DNA from: a virus
Lineage: Duplodnaviria; Caudoviricetes
DNA length: 50,601 nt
Strand: one strand, 5' to 3'
Virus record (IMG/VR): IMGVR_UViG_3300002307_000070
Coordinates: 1 to 50,601 of that record
Part shown: in pieces, positions 1 through 10,233 of the stretch
How the letters are laid out: each line of letters opens with the position of its first letter
How positions within the stretch are numbered: position 1 is the first letter of the stretch
Notes under the pieces: model-generated
What the model was told of the DNA's origin: nothing
Databases searched by the model: none
Seen by the model: only the letters and a program-made list of their open reading frames with translations
Translations under genes and position numbers: made by a program

Positions 1-1
1 G

Positions 2-67
2 TTTGGAGCAACACCAGCAAATGGTGGTGCTGGCGCAAACGGACAGGTTAAATTTAGTTACACCTAA
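2..67 (+). CDS. 3' end of a glycine-rich virion/tail-fibre-type protein (partial)
   Basis: Frame 2 reads FGATPANGGAGANGQVKFSYT*; its TAA overlaps the next ATG. Confidence 0.5.
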   Translation, partial: FGATPANGGAGANGQVKFSYT

Positions 68-381
68 TGCAATTTAGATATCACTCATCTGATGGAAAAG
101 ATTGCTGGCACTTCAAGTTCTTAAAAGGAGAAGGATTAGAATTGCATGAGCATTTCCCGGCAAACTTTCACGATACTCTAGTATTAGAAGGTGAATGTAA
201 AATTTCAGGACCAGATAACACTTGGTCTATGATTTTGAGCAAGGGAGATTTTTATGCTTTTTCTGACGAAGAGATGCACCATCAGATTGATGTTACTAGC
301 GATTACGCAGAGATTTTAAACATTTACAGATTACCGATGCCATCTATGCAGCGAACAAAAGATCAAGGCTGGATGGAATAA
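67..381 (+). CDS. cupin-fold protein
   Basis: Cupin-like H-x-H...H...EG and second His motif (LHEH..FHDTLVLEG ... HHQI). Confidence 0.6.
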   Translation: MQFRYHSSDGKDCWHFKFLKGEGLELHEHFPANFHDTLVLEGECKISGPDNTWSMILSKGDFYAFSDEEMHHQIDVTSDYAEILNIYRLPMPSMQRTKDQGWME

Positions 382-407
382 TAAATACTATATAAGGAGA
401 AAACATT

Positions 408-569
408 ATGGCAAAAGTACTAGGATCGTCAAATAAAAACGGCAAGATTTCATTTTCTAACAGACTTAAGGGAGGAACCACTATTGGTCAAGGTCATATT
501 AAGTTTGGAACTATGAATAAGAATAAGCGCCGCAGCTTCAAGAAGTATAGAGGTCAAGGTAGACCATAA
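408..569 (+). CDS. small basic protein (53 aa), absent from ORF track
   Basis: AAGGAG SD and TAAATA upstream; MAKVLGSS...KRRSFKKYRGQGRP*; a KKYRGQG tail is typical of small T4-like phage proteins. Confidence 0.75.
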   Translation: MAKVLGSSNKNGKISFSNRLKGGTTIGQGHIKFGTMNKNKRRSFKKYRGQGRP

Positions 570-1192
570 TGAACAAAGTAACACTTGAGCTAATGAAAGA
601 AATTTGTCCTGCTACTAAAACTGTGATATTATCTAAGTATATTGATCCATTAAATGTAGTAGGTGAGCACTTTGGGTTTTTTGAAAATCCAAAGCGTATG
701 GCTGCGTTCTTAGCTCAAGTGGCACATGAATCTGGCTCATTCAATTTTACTAAAGAAGGTTTAAACTATAGCGCAGTATCGCTTAACAAGGTATTTCGCA
801 AATATTTTCCTACATTAGAATCTGCAAAACCATATGCTAGAAATCCAGCAAAGATCGCTAACAAAGTTTATGCAAATAGAATGGGTAATGGACCAGAAAG
901 TTCAGGTGATGGGTACAGATTTTGTGGTAGAGGATTGATACAACTTACCGGAAGACAAAATTATACCAAGTTTGCTAATGCAATCAACAAGACATTAGCA
1001 GATACAATAATATATTTAGAAACAGCAGAAGGCGCGGTAGCGAGTGCTGCATGGTTTTGGGATGTAAACAAATTAAGTATATATGCTGATAAGGGAGACT
1101 TTGTTGGATTAACTCGTCGTATTAATGGGGGTACTATAGGATTAGTTGACAGACAGCAACACTACCAAGAAGCACTTAAGGCACTTAGTTAA
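569..1192 (+). CDS. glycoside hydrolase family 19 endolysin
   Basis: FLAQVAHES, GRGLIQLTGRQNY, SAAWFW, TRRINGG motifs. Confidence 0.92.
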   Translation: MNKVTLELMKEICPATKTVILSKYIDPLNVVGEHFGFFENPKRMAAFLAQVAHESGSFNFTKEGLNYSAVSLNKVFRKYFPTLESAKPYARNPAKIANKVYANRMGNGPESSGDGYRFCGRGLIQLTGRQNYTKFANAINKTLADTIIYLETAEGAVASAAWFWDVNKLSIYADKGDFVGLTRRINGGTIGLVDRQQHYQEALKALS

Positions 1193-1200
1193 GGATTAAC

Positions 1201-3819
1201 ATGCAACAGCCCACTTGGATAACTAATGCCGGCTCATTGGGTAATTTTCCCTCTTTGACAAGCTTTGAGTACCAACTAACCGCTACACCTAATTTGCCAG
1301 CAGTATCTATTGTTTCATATACTATAATCAGCGGTAGTTTACCTACTGGTCTCAAAATGAATACTAATGGACTGATAACAGGAATATTTGAGTTAGTAAC
1401 TTCGTTGACTTCTTCTACTTTTGTAGTGAGAGTTATTGATAATTATGGAAATATTGCAGACAGGACTTTCAGTATTACTGTATCCGGTAGTGCTGTTCCT
1501 AGTTTTATTACTCCACCGGGTAATATCGGAACAATACTTGATAGCACGTTTACTAATATACAAATACAATATAATAATCCTTTAGTCGGTAATCCAATTT
1601 CTATTAGAAAAATATCAGGAAGATTACCACCAGGTTTAGAAATAAACAGCTATGGTCTAATCAGAGGGTATGCTAAACCTCCTATTACTAACTCAACTCT
1701 ACCTAGTGTAGTAACGTATGTTATCTCTACATCAGCTATTGACAATGTATTGACATGCTTAACTACAGCCGGAATGTCGCCCGGTCGACCAATTTTGTTT
1801 AGCGGAACATTGTTCGGGGGATTAAATTCTGGTAAAACGTATTACATCAAATCAGTCATAAATGATACCGACTTCACTCTTACAGGTAGTGTTAATGGTC
1901 CCGTCATATCATTGGTTACTGGTAGTGGTTACATGACATCTACTCTGCCGGCAATTACCGTAGGTCAACCTACCAACCAATCATATTCGTTTACTTTACA
2001 ATTAGACAGTCCAACAGGATCGGCAACTCAAGTATATTCAATCGCGGTGATAAATCAAAATACTCCAGTAAGCCAAGGCGGACCGGGATATCCAAACAAC
2101 ACTAGAAAACCTACAATATATAATACTCAACCAGAAACTTATAAACTTGACAGTAACATGCAAGAATATGGATACTATGTAATACCCCCTAATTCAACAG
2201 GAAATACATATAGTCCTTCTGCGTTTGCATTTATTAATACTTTTACAAGCGGAAATAACTTTAATTTCAAAATATTAGGTCATGATTTTGATGGCAATTT
2301 GCTCACATATCATTACTCTGCGTTACCATTAGGGTTAGTAGGAGATCCAGTTACTGGATGGATTACAGGCACCCCTGTCACTAGTGGACCAGGAATAAAT
2401 GAATTCAACTTTAGTGTTTATGTGACTAAGGCAAGCAACCCTAGTATAGTTTCAGATACTTATAACTTTTCGTTCAAAATAAAAAACACAATAAGCGGTA
2501 ATATTACATGGATCAGTAGTCCTGACCTGGGAGTGATATATAACGGAACAACTAGTGTCAAACAGATAAATGCAGTCAGTGACGTTCCTATTAGCTATAC
2601 TTTAGTTTCAGGAACACTTCCCCCAAGTCTGACTCTGTTGCCTACAGGAGAATTATCGGGTATAGTATCTTTTCAGCCAGAGTCTACAATACAGCCAGTA
2701 GGTAAAACTAATACGTTTACTTTTACGGTGCAAGCGTATAGTCCTACCTATCCATTAGTTCAATCAGAACAAGAATTTACTATATCAGTATATCAATGGT
2801 TTCCTACTCCACTTGATACGTTGTATTGCAAATGCACTCCTAGTATTAGTGATAGATATCTAATAGCATCTTTGCTTAACAATACCGTGTTGATTCCAAA
2901 TGAATTCTTGTATAGACCAAATGATCCTTTCTTTGGTAAAGCAGCTAATGTTGAATATCAACATGCATATGGCATTTTTTCTAATAATTTAGATGCATAT
3001 ATTGCTGCTATTAGTAAGAAAAATCATTACTGGAGAAACATTACTTTAGGTGAAATAAAAACTGCAATTGCGCGAGACGAGAACACAGGAGAGATACTGT
3101 ACGAAGTTGTATATAGCGAAGTAATTGATAATCTAGTGGCATACAACGAAATAGATCGTTATCAAATAGAGAGCCAAAGCAATATTATCACACCATATGG
3201 TGAAAGCGTCAGCCGGCAAGTTAACTGGCCAAGACCAATTCCGTTATTTTTAGGCCCATGGTATGATAGTGAAACTACAATTTACACTGATTATGAAGGA
3301 AAAGACAGTCCTCCGCCAACGTACTATACTAGTAGAACCCCAGGGTTTGCCACTGAACTTTATCCAAATAGCCTACCTAACATGAGACAGCAAGTAGCAG
3401 ATGTTCTTGGTCAACAAACTGATTATCATGTTTTACCATTATGGATGAGTAGTCAGCAACCGGACGGGTCTACATATGGATTTACTCCTGCATGGGTAAT
3501 CGCATATTGTAAGCCGGGAGTGACGACACTACCGGACGGCACAAGTGTATCATATGCACAGTACATTCAATATCAAATACAGAATAATTGGAAAAACGAA
3601 TACCAGGGCACACAGACATTAAATACTATCAACTTCAAGCTTGATAGGTTTACGGTGAACAAAAGTGCTAGTTATAACTTTGACAATAGCGTGTCTCCGG
3701 CTGCGTTTACTACATTACCAGGAGCTTCACCGACACCAAACCCGATTGATAGTAAAGATTTTTATGTATTGTTTCCAAGAGAAACTATATTACCTGATAG
3801 TACTCAGATAGACAAATAA
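1201..3819 (+). CDS. virion structural protein with putative Ig-like repeats (baseplate/tail)
   Basis: Repeated (I/V)SGxLPxGLx...GxIxG Ig-type units; Thr/Ser/Pro-rich. Confidence 0.7.
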   Translation: MQQPTWITNAGSLGNFPSLTSFEYQLTATPNLPAVSIVSYTIISGSLPTGLKMNTNGLITGIFELVTSLTSSTFVVRVIDNYGNIADRTFSITVSGSAVPSFITPPGNIGTILDSTFTNIQIQYNNPLVGNPISIRKISGRLPPGLEINSYGLIRGYAKPPITNSTLPSVVTYVISTSAIDNVLTCLTTAGMSPGRPILFSGTLFGGLNSGKTYYIKSVINDTDFTLTGSVNGPVISLVTGSGYMTSTLPAITVGQPTNQSYSFTLQLDSPTGSATQVYSIAVINQNTPVSQGGPGYPNNTRKPTIYNTQPETYKLDSNMQEYGYYVIPPNSTGNTYSPSAFAFINTFTSGNNFNFKILGHDFDGNLLTYHYSALPLGLVGDPVTGWITGTPVTSGPGINEFNFSVYVTKASNPSIVSDTYNFSFKIKNTISGNITWISSPDLGVIYNGTTSVKQINAVSDVPISYTLVSGTLPPSLTLLPTGELSGIVSFQPESTIQPVGKTNTFTFTVQAYSPTYPLVQSEQEFTISVYQWFPTPLDTLYCKCTPSISDRYLIASLLNNTVLIPNEFLYRPNDPFFGKAANVEYQHAYGIFSNNLDAYIAAISKKNHYWRNITLGEIKTAIARDENTGEILYEVVYSEVIDNLVAYNEIDRYQIESQSNIITPYGESVSRQVNWPRPIPLFLGPWYDSETTIYTDYEGKDSPPPTYYTSRTPGFATELYPNSLPNMRQQVADVLGQQTDYHVLPLWMSSQQPDGSTYGFTPAWVIAYCKPGVTTLPDGTSVSYAQYIQYQIQNNWKNEYQGTQTLNTINFKLDRFTVNKSASYNFDNSVSPAAFTTLPGASPTPNPIDSKDFYVLFPRETILPDSTQIDK

Positions 3820-3836
3820 ATTATGGAAAATAAAAT

Positions 3837-5132
3837 ATGACTAGTCAAATAAACACAAACGGCATTAATGTAAATTATCCAGTTCCGGGGCAAAACCAAA
3901 GTAGTCAAGGATTCCGCGATAATTTCTCGCAGATAAGCGGCCAGCTTACTGTGGCTGGGAATGAAATCACAGACTTGCAAAACAAAGTAATTCTTAAAGC
4001 TGCACTAAACAATAGCAATTTGAATAATGATATGGCAAATGCCTTGTTAAGCAATGTCTCCACTAGTGGTTTCAGAAGTACTACCTATAATCTTGGTAAT
4101 GCACTAGCCGGAACTGTGTTAGTAGATGTTAACAGAGCAGATGTTCAATATGGTTCTATTACAGGGAACGTAACTATTCAATTCAGTAACTGGAGTCCAA
4201 CTAACACTGAAAGCAATGTAGTATTGCGTTTAACTTATGCAAATAGCAATGCATATGTATCATTACCAAACTCATGTGTAAATTCAAACAATGACTTTGG
4301 TGTTACTATTTTAGAGAACTATGCTAATGTAAATGGAACAGCAACACTATCAGCTCCTAGCAATGTTAATATAACTACCCTTAAATTTTCATCGTTGGAT
4401 TGTGGTAATACTGTCACTGTAGAACCAGTTAACCGCCCATACCAATCTACTCAGGTAATTACTCGTCAAGTTCCTCCTACAGGGCTGCCAGGAGATGTAG
4501 CAGGTGATATCGCTGTAGGAACAACAGTACCCCAAATTCTAGTTACAAGTACAATAGATTCTGGAAACTATGTGATTACTGCAAATACTGCTGCATTGAG
4601 CGTAGATTTACCTATCATCTTTACCGGAAACACAGATCAGTCAAATAGTAACATTGTATCCGGAACTACATACTATATTTCTAATATCGCTAATGCTACT
4701 GCATTTACTATCTCTTCAACACTAGGTGGTAGCAGTGTTAATGTAGGGACCACTAGCAATGACTTTAATGGTAATCCAGCATCATACGTTTATATTTGCA
4801 CCAACAACTACAACAGCAACAGCTATAGTAAGTCAGTAACAAATACAAATGTTTCCGGTAATATAACAGTTAACAACACTGCTAATTTAGTAGTCAATGC
4901 TCCTGTAATCTTTGGTGGTAATGTATTTGGTGGACTACAAGCAAATGTCGTGTACTACTTAAAGAGTATTGATTCAGGCGCCGGAAACATCAAAATCTCT
5001 AGCTCACGCACAAATGGACTTGCAGGAACAGCATTGACATTTACTACAGCAGTTGCAAGTGCAGCTTGCACACTGACAGGATATGTTGAAGGTAGCGATA
5101 TTTGGAAACGTGTAGAAGTAAAGCCTTGGTAA
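3837..5132 (+). CDS. virion structural protein (tail/baseplate-associated)
   Basis: N-terminal YPVPGQNQSSQGFRDNF plus coiled coil; two PxIFxG...YY...ISS beta repeats also seen in the previous ORF; IWKR terminus. Confidence 0.6.
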   Translation: MTSQINTNGINVNYPVPGQNQSSQGFRDNFSQISGQLTVAGNEITDLQNKVILKAALNNSNLNNDMANALLSNVSTSGFRSTTYNLGNALAGTVLVDVNRADVQYGSITGNVTIQFSNWSPTNTESNVVLRLTYANSNAYVSLPNSCVNSNNDFGVTILENYANVNGTATLSAPSNVNITTLKFSSLDCGNTVTVEPVNRPYQSTQVITRQVPPTGLPGDVAGDIAVGTTVPQILVTSTIDSGNYVITANTAALSVDLPIIFTGNTDQSNSNIVSGTTYYISNIANATAFTISSTLGGSSVNVGTTSNDFNGNPASYVYICTNNYNSNSYSKSVTNTNVSGNITVNNTANLVVNAPVIFGGNVFGGLQANVVYYLKSIDSGAGNIKISSSRTNGLAGTALTFTTAVASAACTLTGYVEGSDIWKRVEVKPW

Positions 5133-5133
5133 T

Positions 5134-5385
5134 ATGGAACATCCATTCTTAAATAAAAATGATTTAGAAGCTAAGACACTTGAAGAGATTCAAGAAACTA
5201 TTTCCGGACTTATGAACAAACTAAACTTTGCATACCGTATAGGTAACGGACCAATGATTCATCAACTTCAGATGATATTAGAAGGGTATAAAGCTCAACA
5301 AAGAAAAAGGATGGATGAAATTTTTGATAAGCAGAAACTAAACACCAAGATCAATATCCAGTCTGAAAATGAATTCAAGAATTGA
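5134..5385 (+). CDS. hypothetical protein
   Basis: Intact 83 aa helical ORF tightly packed in the operon. Confidence 0.6.
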   Translation: MEHPFLNKNDLEAKTLEEIQETISGLMNKLNFAYRIGNGPMIHQLQMILEGYKAQQRKRMDEIFDKQKLNTKINIQSENEFKN

Positions 5386-5953
5386 AAAGGACATAGTGTT
5401 TCGGGCCGCAGTGCACCTAGATAACAAATTTTACACTAATACCTATATAGCTACCTTGTCATTGTTTGTAGATAATTGCAAATTCAATGATGAGCCGATC
5501 ATTGCGTTTGAAAGAATATACTATTTTCTTGAAAATCACATAAACGATTCAGTATTCATTTGTGAAGACAAAATAGATATGATTGATCGTTATAATAGAG
5601 CTAATATCAATGTTATAACTTTTCCAGAAGAACCTACTGACGAAGTTGTAACCGGTATACTTCTTCTTAAACTCAATAGTATTATGGAAGGTAGATTGCA
5701 TATTACAGACATGTTGTTAAGCTCTACCTTAAGCGATGGTATTAGGTATAATGTTGTCAGCGAGATAGCCGAAAGCATCTATGGTACTGGAAACTTTTGG
5801 TGGAATAAAAGCTGCACTATAACCGATAATGATAATCTAATAGAGTATCATCATAACGTAGTGCAACTATTTGAAAAAAATTATTGGGAAGATTTAGGGC
5901 TAGAATACCCAGATAAAAATACCATTGAGTTTGACAAACCACAAACAATATAG
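5369..5953 (+). CDS. hypothetical protein
   Basis: 194 aa ORF overlapping the upstream gene. Confidence 0.6.
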   Translation: MNSRIEKDIVFRAAVHLDNKFYTNTYIATLSLFVDNCKFNDEPIIAFERIYYFLENHINDSVFICEDKIDMIDRYNRANINVITFPEEPTDEVVTGILLLKLNSIMEGRLHITDMLLSSTLSDGIRYNVVSEIAESIYGTGNFWWNKSCTITDNDNLIEYHHNVVQLFEKNYWEDLGLEYPDKNTIEFDKPQTI

Positions 5954-5959
5954 TACATA
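5931..5959 (+). promoter_or_regulatory. sigma70-type promoter candidate
   Basis: TTGACA-N17-TACATA just before the 5967 ATG. Confidence 0.45.
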
Positions 5960-5966
5960 AGTAATT

Positions 5967-6473
5967 ATGATAACTGACAAGTATGGCCAACAGATTTATG
6001 ATGAAGCAGACCTCTGCGATCTATACCTTAAAAACCCAATACTAGAACTCAAAAATGTGCTAGTATCTAAATCTATAAGTGTTTCACCCATCTTAGATTT
6101 GGGTAATATACCAAATTTTATACCATATCAAGAAGAAACTATTTCAGTAGAAGAATTTGATAACAGATGCCAAAGTAACATGTTCTTTCCTGACACTTAT
6201 AAGAACTTTGATATAGCTAAGTATGTACTTGATCAATGTCAATCTGAGGCTGAACTACAACGAGCTGGTAAAGAATTGCTACTCTATCAAGAACGCGACA
6301 TGTTTGATCTACTTAGATATTTGAAGTATCTAGTTGATACTATGCGCAAGAACAATATAGTTTGGGGAGTAGGAAGAGGGTCCAGTGTTTCTAGTTTTGT
6401 TTTATTCTTGATAGGTGTACACAAAATAAATTCTTTATTTTACCAACTAGATATCGAAGAGTTTTTGAAATAG
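5967..6473 (+). CDS. DnaE (Pol III alpha)-like fragment
   Basis: YLVDTMRKNNIVWGVGRGSSVSSFVLFLIGVHKIN matches the DnaE G-x-GRGS palm motif; only 168 aa. Confidence 0.75.
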   Translation: MITDKYGQQIYDEADLCDLYLKNPILELKNVLVSKSISVSPILDLGNIPNFIPYQEETISVEEFDNRCQSNMFFPDTYKNFDIAKYVLDQCQSEAELQRAGKELLLYQERDMFDLLRYLKYLVDTMRKNNIVWGVGRGSSVSSFVLFLIGVHKINSLFYQLDIEEFLK

Positions 6474-6513
6474 TCAAAAATTGATTTGATAAATAAAAGA
6501 AAAGGAGAAAGTA

Positions 6514-6915
6514 ATGTCACAATACCGTTCGGCATTAGGTAAAGTAGTAGATATGGCACAACTCGCATCAAGACATGAACATGTTCGTGCAGTTGGAAAT
6601 CAAAAGGTAAACGCTCGCGGAGATACTATTGACAGCAACAACAATGTTATCGTGCCTGTCACTAAGAAAGTAGGAGCAGCGTATGACAGGACTGTAACTA
6701 ATAGAGCAGCTAACATTATTAGACAGGCTGCTCCTCAACAGTTCCCAGTAGAAGAATTGCTACCCCAAGAAATTGAATTAGAAGATGATAATGAAGCTGA
6801 TGAAATTGAAGCAATCAAGGCTGCTGAAACAGCTAACTTAAAGATTAAGCCAGCCAGTGAAGCTCCCGATTTTGTTATGCCTGATCAAGATGTAACCACT
6901 ACCAAGAAAAAGTAA
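6514..6915 (+). CDS. hypothetical late protein
   Basis: TAAATA and AGGAG upstream; AVGNQKVNARGD motif; acidic tail. Confidence 0.65.
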   Translation: MSQYRSALGKVVDMAQLASRHEHVRAVGNQKVNARGDTIDSNNNVIVPVTKKVGAAYDRTVTNRAANIIRQAAPQQFPVEELLPQEIELEDDNEADEIEAIKAAETANLKIKPASEAPDFVMPDQDVTTTKKK

Positions 6916-6918
6916 ATT

Positions 6919-7287
6919 ATGGCAAATCAAGTACACATTACTAAAACTAAATTAAAAGAACTAAAACCATTGAAAGATACGATTCTTGTTCATGGTATGG
7001 AATTCAAAGAAAGATTAAGCCGCGGCGGCCTAATTCTACTTAATGACGATATGAAAAGTTCAGGAATTCGTCCTAGATGGGCACAAGTTTATGCAATAGG
7101 TCCAGATGTAAAAGATATAAAAGTGAACGATTATATTATGATTGCCCACGGTCGCTGGAGTAGGGGTGTAGCAATTGTTGACGATGAAGGCGAGAAAACT
7201 ATCCGGCGGGTAGATCCGAATGACATTTTATTAATTAGCGATGAACCAATTCAAGACTATACAATGAGTGATAAATCTATAGATTAA
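6919..7287 (+). CDS. groES: GroES-like co-chaperonin
   Basis: LKPLKDTILV...GGLIL...VYAIGP..DIKVND pattern of Cpn10. Confidence 0.8.
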   Translation: MANQVHITKTKLKELKPLKDTILVHGMEFKERLSRGGLILLNDDMKSSGIRPRWAQVYAIGPDVKDIKVNDYIMIAHGRWSRGVAIVDDEGEKTIRRVDPNDILLISDEPIQDYTMSDKSID

Positions 7288-7295
7288 CACGAGTG

Positions 7296-7323
7296 TTGAG
7301 GGGAGTGGTAACACTCCCCTCAA
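7296..7323 (+). terminator. hairpin after groES
   Basis: Perfect 12-bp stem TTGAGGGGAGTG-GTAA-CACTCCCCTCAA; weak U tail. Confidence 0.65.
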
Positions 7324-7342
7324 ATTATGGATAAATTGTATA

Positions 7343-7371
7343 TTGACTTATTTTATTACTTCTTCTATATT
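7343..7371 (+). promoter_or_regulatory. sigma70-type promoter
   Basis: TTGACT-N17-TATATT upstream of ATG 7378. Confidence 0.6.
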
Positions 7372-7377
7372 ATATCA

Positions 7378-7557
7378 ATGAAAAAAGAAACTGTATCCGT
7401 TGTTGCGGTAGTACTAGGACTAACTGCGGCGGTTTATGCATTCGCAAAAACTTACAATGCAGTAAAAGATTTGGAAGACCTTAAGGTTGACTATAGCGGT
7501 GATAGTGCGCTATCATCAATGTTTAATAGAATGGCAGGAAAAATTAATGAAGAATAA
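7378..7557 (+). CDS. small membrane-anchored protein
   Basis: Likely start MKKETVSVVAVVLGL; one hydrophobic segment. Confidence 0.55.
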   Translation: MKKETVSVVAVVLGLTAAVYAFAKTYNAVKDLEDLKVDYSGDSALSSMFNRMAGKINEE

Positions 7558-8473
7558 TTTATGGACAGAGAAATTTCGTCCCAAGAAGGTAAGCGATTAT
7601 GTTTTTGTTGATGAACGCCAGCGTGAGCAAGTAGAGCACTGGATTAATGAAGGGGTTATTCCTCATCTATTATTGAGTGGTGATCCTGGCACAGGTAAGA
7701 CTACTCTTGCCAAGGTGTTGATTAATGAACTTGGTGTAGAAGATTTTGACGTTCTTGAAATCAATGCTAGTCGTGAAAATGGCATTGATAGTATGCGTGA
7801 CCGTATCAACGGCTTTGTGCAAACTATGCCGTTCGGTAAGTTCAAGATTGTTCTATTAGACGAAGCTGATTATCTAACGCAGCCCGCGCAGGCAGCACTT
7901 CGCAATGATATGGAAGCTTATAGTGCAACATGTCGTTATATTCTTACTTGCAATTATGAACACAAGATCATTCCGGCATTGCGCGAAAGTCGGTGCTTTA
8001 AGTTTCGTATCGCAAAGCCCGACATGACCGAGTTCACTACTCGTGCTGCAACCGTTTTGCTTAGTGAACACATTGAATTTGATTTAGATGACCTTGATAC
8101 TTATGTTCGCGGAAGCTATCCCGATCTACGTAAATGCCTGAATCAGTTACAGCAGAATAGTACTAGTGGAAAGTTGAAAAAGCCATTGGATACTGCAAGC
8201 CAAGACAATGACATTCTTATAAGCGCGGTCGAATTATTCAAGAGTGGAAAGATTCTTGAAGGTCGTCAACAGCTTATGCAGTATATTGCTTTGTACCCTA
8301 CAAGAGTTGAAGATTGCTATGTGTGGATGTACAATAATCTTGATCTGTGGGGCAATAGTCAAGAGCGTAAAGACGCTGCAATCATCACGATTCGTAATGG
8401 TCTTGCTAATCTTCCTCTCGTTGGCATTCCCGAAATAAGCTTGGCAGCTACACTTTGCGAACTTACATCTTGA
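7547..8473 (+). CDS. clamp loader AAA+ subunit (RFC/gp44-like)
   Basis: WTEKFRP, GDPGTGKT, EINAS, LLDEAD, ESRC, DLRK; AGGA SD before ATG 7547. Confidence 0.93.
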   Translation: MKNNLWTEKFRPKKVSDYVFVDERQREQVEHWINEGVIPHLLLSGDPGTGKTTLAKVLINELGVEDFDVLEINASRENGIDSMRDRINGFVQTMPFGKFKIVLLDEADYLTQPAQAALRNDMEAYSATCRYILTCNYEHKIIPALRESRCFKFRIAKPDMTEFTTRAATVLLSEHIEFDLDDLDTYVRGSYPDLRKCLNQLQQNSTSGKLKKPLDTASQDNDILISAVELFKSGKILEGRQQLMQYIALYPTRVEDCYVWMYNNLDLWGNSQERKDAAIITIRNGLANLPLVGIPEISLAATLCELTS

Positions 8474-8667
8474 CGGACAGAGCATTCACTTTACTATTCT
8501 TTGGATGCGTCAACTTGTTTGATCTAGCAATGATCGCGTTAACCTACTATGCGGGCGCTATGGAAGGATTCGCAGTAATGATTCCGGTTAGCATAATGAT
8601 TGCAGTGGTTAGTATATTTGTAATTTGGGAAGAGTTTTTCCCAATCAATAAAGGAAATGCAAAATGA
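8455..8667 (+). CDS. small two-TM membrane protein
   Basis: Two hydrophobic stretches; start uncertain (possibly TTG 8470). Confidence 0.5.
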   Translation: MRTYILTDRAFTLLFFGCVNLFDLAMIALTYYAGAMEGFAVMIPVSIMIAVVSIFVIWEEFFPINKGNAK

Positions 8668-8972
8668 TTTGCTTAGCATTTAATATCAATTGGCCCTGGT
8701 TCAAGGATAATAAGGGTAAGGATTACTTCTATAAAGCATGGAAGGTGTCTAAGAATAAGACTGCCGAACTACAAATCAGTAAGATGGGGAATACTCTTAT
8801 TGGTTTCAGTTTTCGTTGGGACACGCACTGTGACCATGCTGGAGTAATGCTTGAGTTAAATCTAGTTAGGCATTTCTTCATCATCCACTTTTATGATAAC
8901 CGTCATTGGAATGATGAAAAAAATCGCTATGTAAACTATGATGACCCCAAAGAAGTGGAGGAATACTGGTGA
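8664..8972 (+). CDS. hypothetical protein
   Basis: ATGA overlap; DHAG and YDNRHW motifs. Confidence 0.6.
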   Translation: MICLAFNINWPWFKDNKGKDYFYKAWKVSKNKTAELQISKMGNTLIGFSFRWDTHCDHAGVMLELNLVRHFFIIHFYDNRHWNDEKNRYVNYDDPKEVEEYW

Positions 8973-9271
8973 GATACTTATTAATCAGTTATATGAGGAA
9001 GATGAACGGACAGATTGATGAAATGGTATCTGTATCAAAGCGAGTCCGCACATCTGACATGACAAACGCAAATGTAATTATGGACTTTGCTGACAAGAAA
9101 GTTATCAAGTGTGTCATTGAAGGTACAGACCACGATACTACATTTGACCTAATGCACAAGTATTATGGTAGGATATACCCCCAGTTAGTTGAGCAATTAG
9201 AAAAAGAAGCTGAGATAACTAAGCAACAAGAAAAGCTAGAGGGAAAGTTTGTTCCCGGAAAAAAGAAGTAA
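8969..9271 (+). CDS. hypothetical protein
   Basis: GTGA overlap, GGAGG SD. Confidence 0.65.
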   Translation: MRYLLISYMRKMNGQIDEMVSVSKRVRTSDMTNANVIMDFADKKVIKCVIEGTDHDTTFDLMHKYYGRIYPQLVEQLEKEAEITKQQEKLEGKFVPGKKK

Positions 9272-9297
9272 TAAACGGGGCTTTCGCCCCGTTTATT
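9270..9297. terminator. bidirectional intrinsic terminator
   Basis: AATAAACGGGGC-TTTC-GCCCCGTTTATT between convergent genes. Confidence 0.85.
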
Positions 9298-10065
9298 TTA
9301 TTCGTACATTTTCAATACATGTTTGATGATTTCATGTCGTCTAATGTCTTTAGTATCAAACTCACAGGCTTTCATGCCAGGTACATTGTACTTTTGGATT
9401 CTGTCTGTTAAATCTAATAGTCCATTATCAAAAGTTTTTCTGTCGGTTTGTTCTACATCTCCAGTAACGACAATTTTACTCCCTTCACCGATCCTTGTCA
9501 TTATCATTTTCATCTGGCTAGGTGTAGCATTCTGAGCTTCGTCAAGAATGATCCAACTATGTTTAAAATTACGTCCACGACAAAAGGCTAGTGGGGTAAT
9601 TTCTATGACTTGTTCTTTCATCATGTATTCAAGTTCTGTAGCGGTGTAATATTCACGTAATACGTCAAACAGTGGTCTAACCCATGGTTCCATTTTACTA
9701 TTAATGTCACCGGGTAAGAATCCGTGTTTTTCGTCGTCAACAGCTACAGCAGGTCTAGTCAATAGTATTTTTTGACAATCTCCTTTTCTCATTGCTTGAA
9801 TTGCAGCTAACATAGCCAGGTATGTTTTACCAGTACCCGCAGGGCCACTTACCACGACGATATCTGTTTCAGGGTCGGTCAAAGCTACGATATATTTTTC
9901 CTGATTTCTACTTTGAGGTATCAATTCAACTGGTTTTTTGGCTCTTTTGGGTTGTGCTTGAGTAAAATCTATAGTTTTAGTTTCTTTCATGTAGAACGAT
10001 TTACTTTCTTCTCTCTTATGATAACTGTCTCTCTGTCTTAGTGCGCCAGTTTTGCGTTTACTCAC
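9298..10065 (-). CDS. phoH: PhoH-family ATPase
   Basis: GPAGTGKT, TRPAV, GFLPG, RGRNF, LDEAQN, GDVEQ. Confidence 0.95.
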   Translation of the reverse strand: MSKRKTGALRQRDSYHKREESKSFYMKETKTIDFTQAQPKRAKKPVELIPQSRNQEKYIVALTDPETDIVVVSGPAGTGKTYLAMLAAIQAMRKGDCQKILLTRPAVAVDDEKHGFLPGDINSKMEPWVRPLFDVLREYYTATELEYMMKEQVIEITPLAFCRGRNFKHSWIILDEAQNATPSQMKMIMTRIGEGSKIVVTGDVEQTDRKTFDNGLLDLTDRIQKYNVPGMKACEFDTKDIRRHEIIKHVLKMYE

Positions 10066-10233
10066 ATTATTCTCCTGGTTTGATACTTGAAAGCTTTTTC
10101 GCCTTCATAAGTATTTAGGCTGGCGATATGAGTAAACTATATGAGTCTAAAAATATTGTTACTATGATAAATATAAAGCTTGTTTCAAAAACATCAAAAC
10201 CTCTTTTATGCTGCTCCTTAGATAAATACTTCT

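Noticed and set aside
10066-10233. tRNA or ncRNA in intergenic gaps (also 19646-19767)
   Set aside because: No cloverleaf or T-loop motif; the gaps are explained by divergent TAAATA promoters
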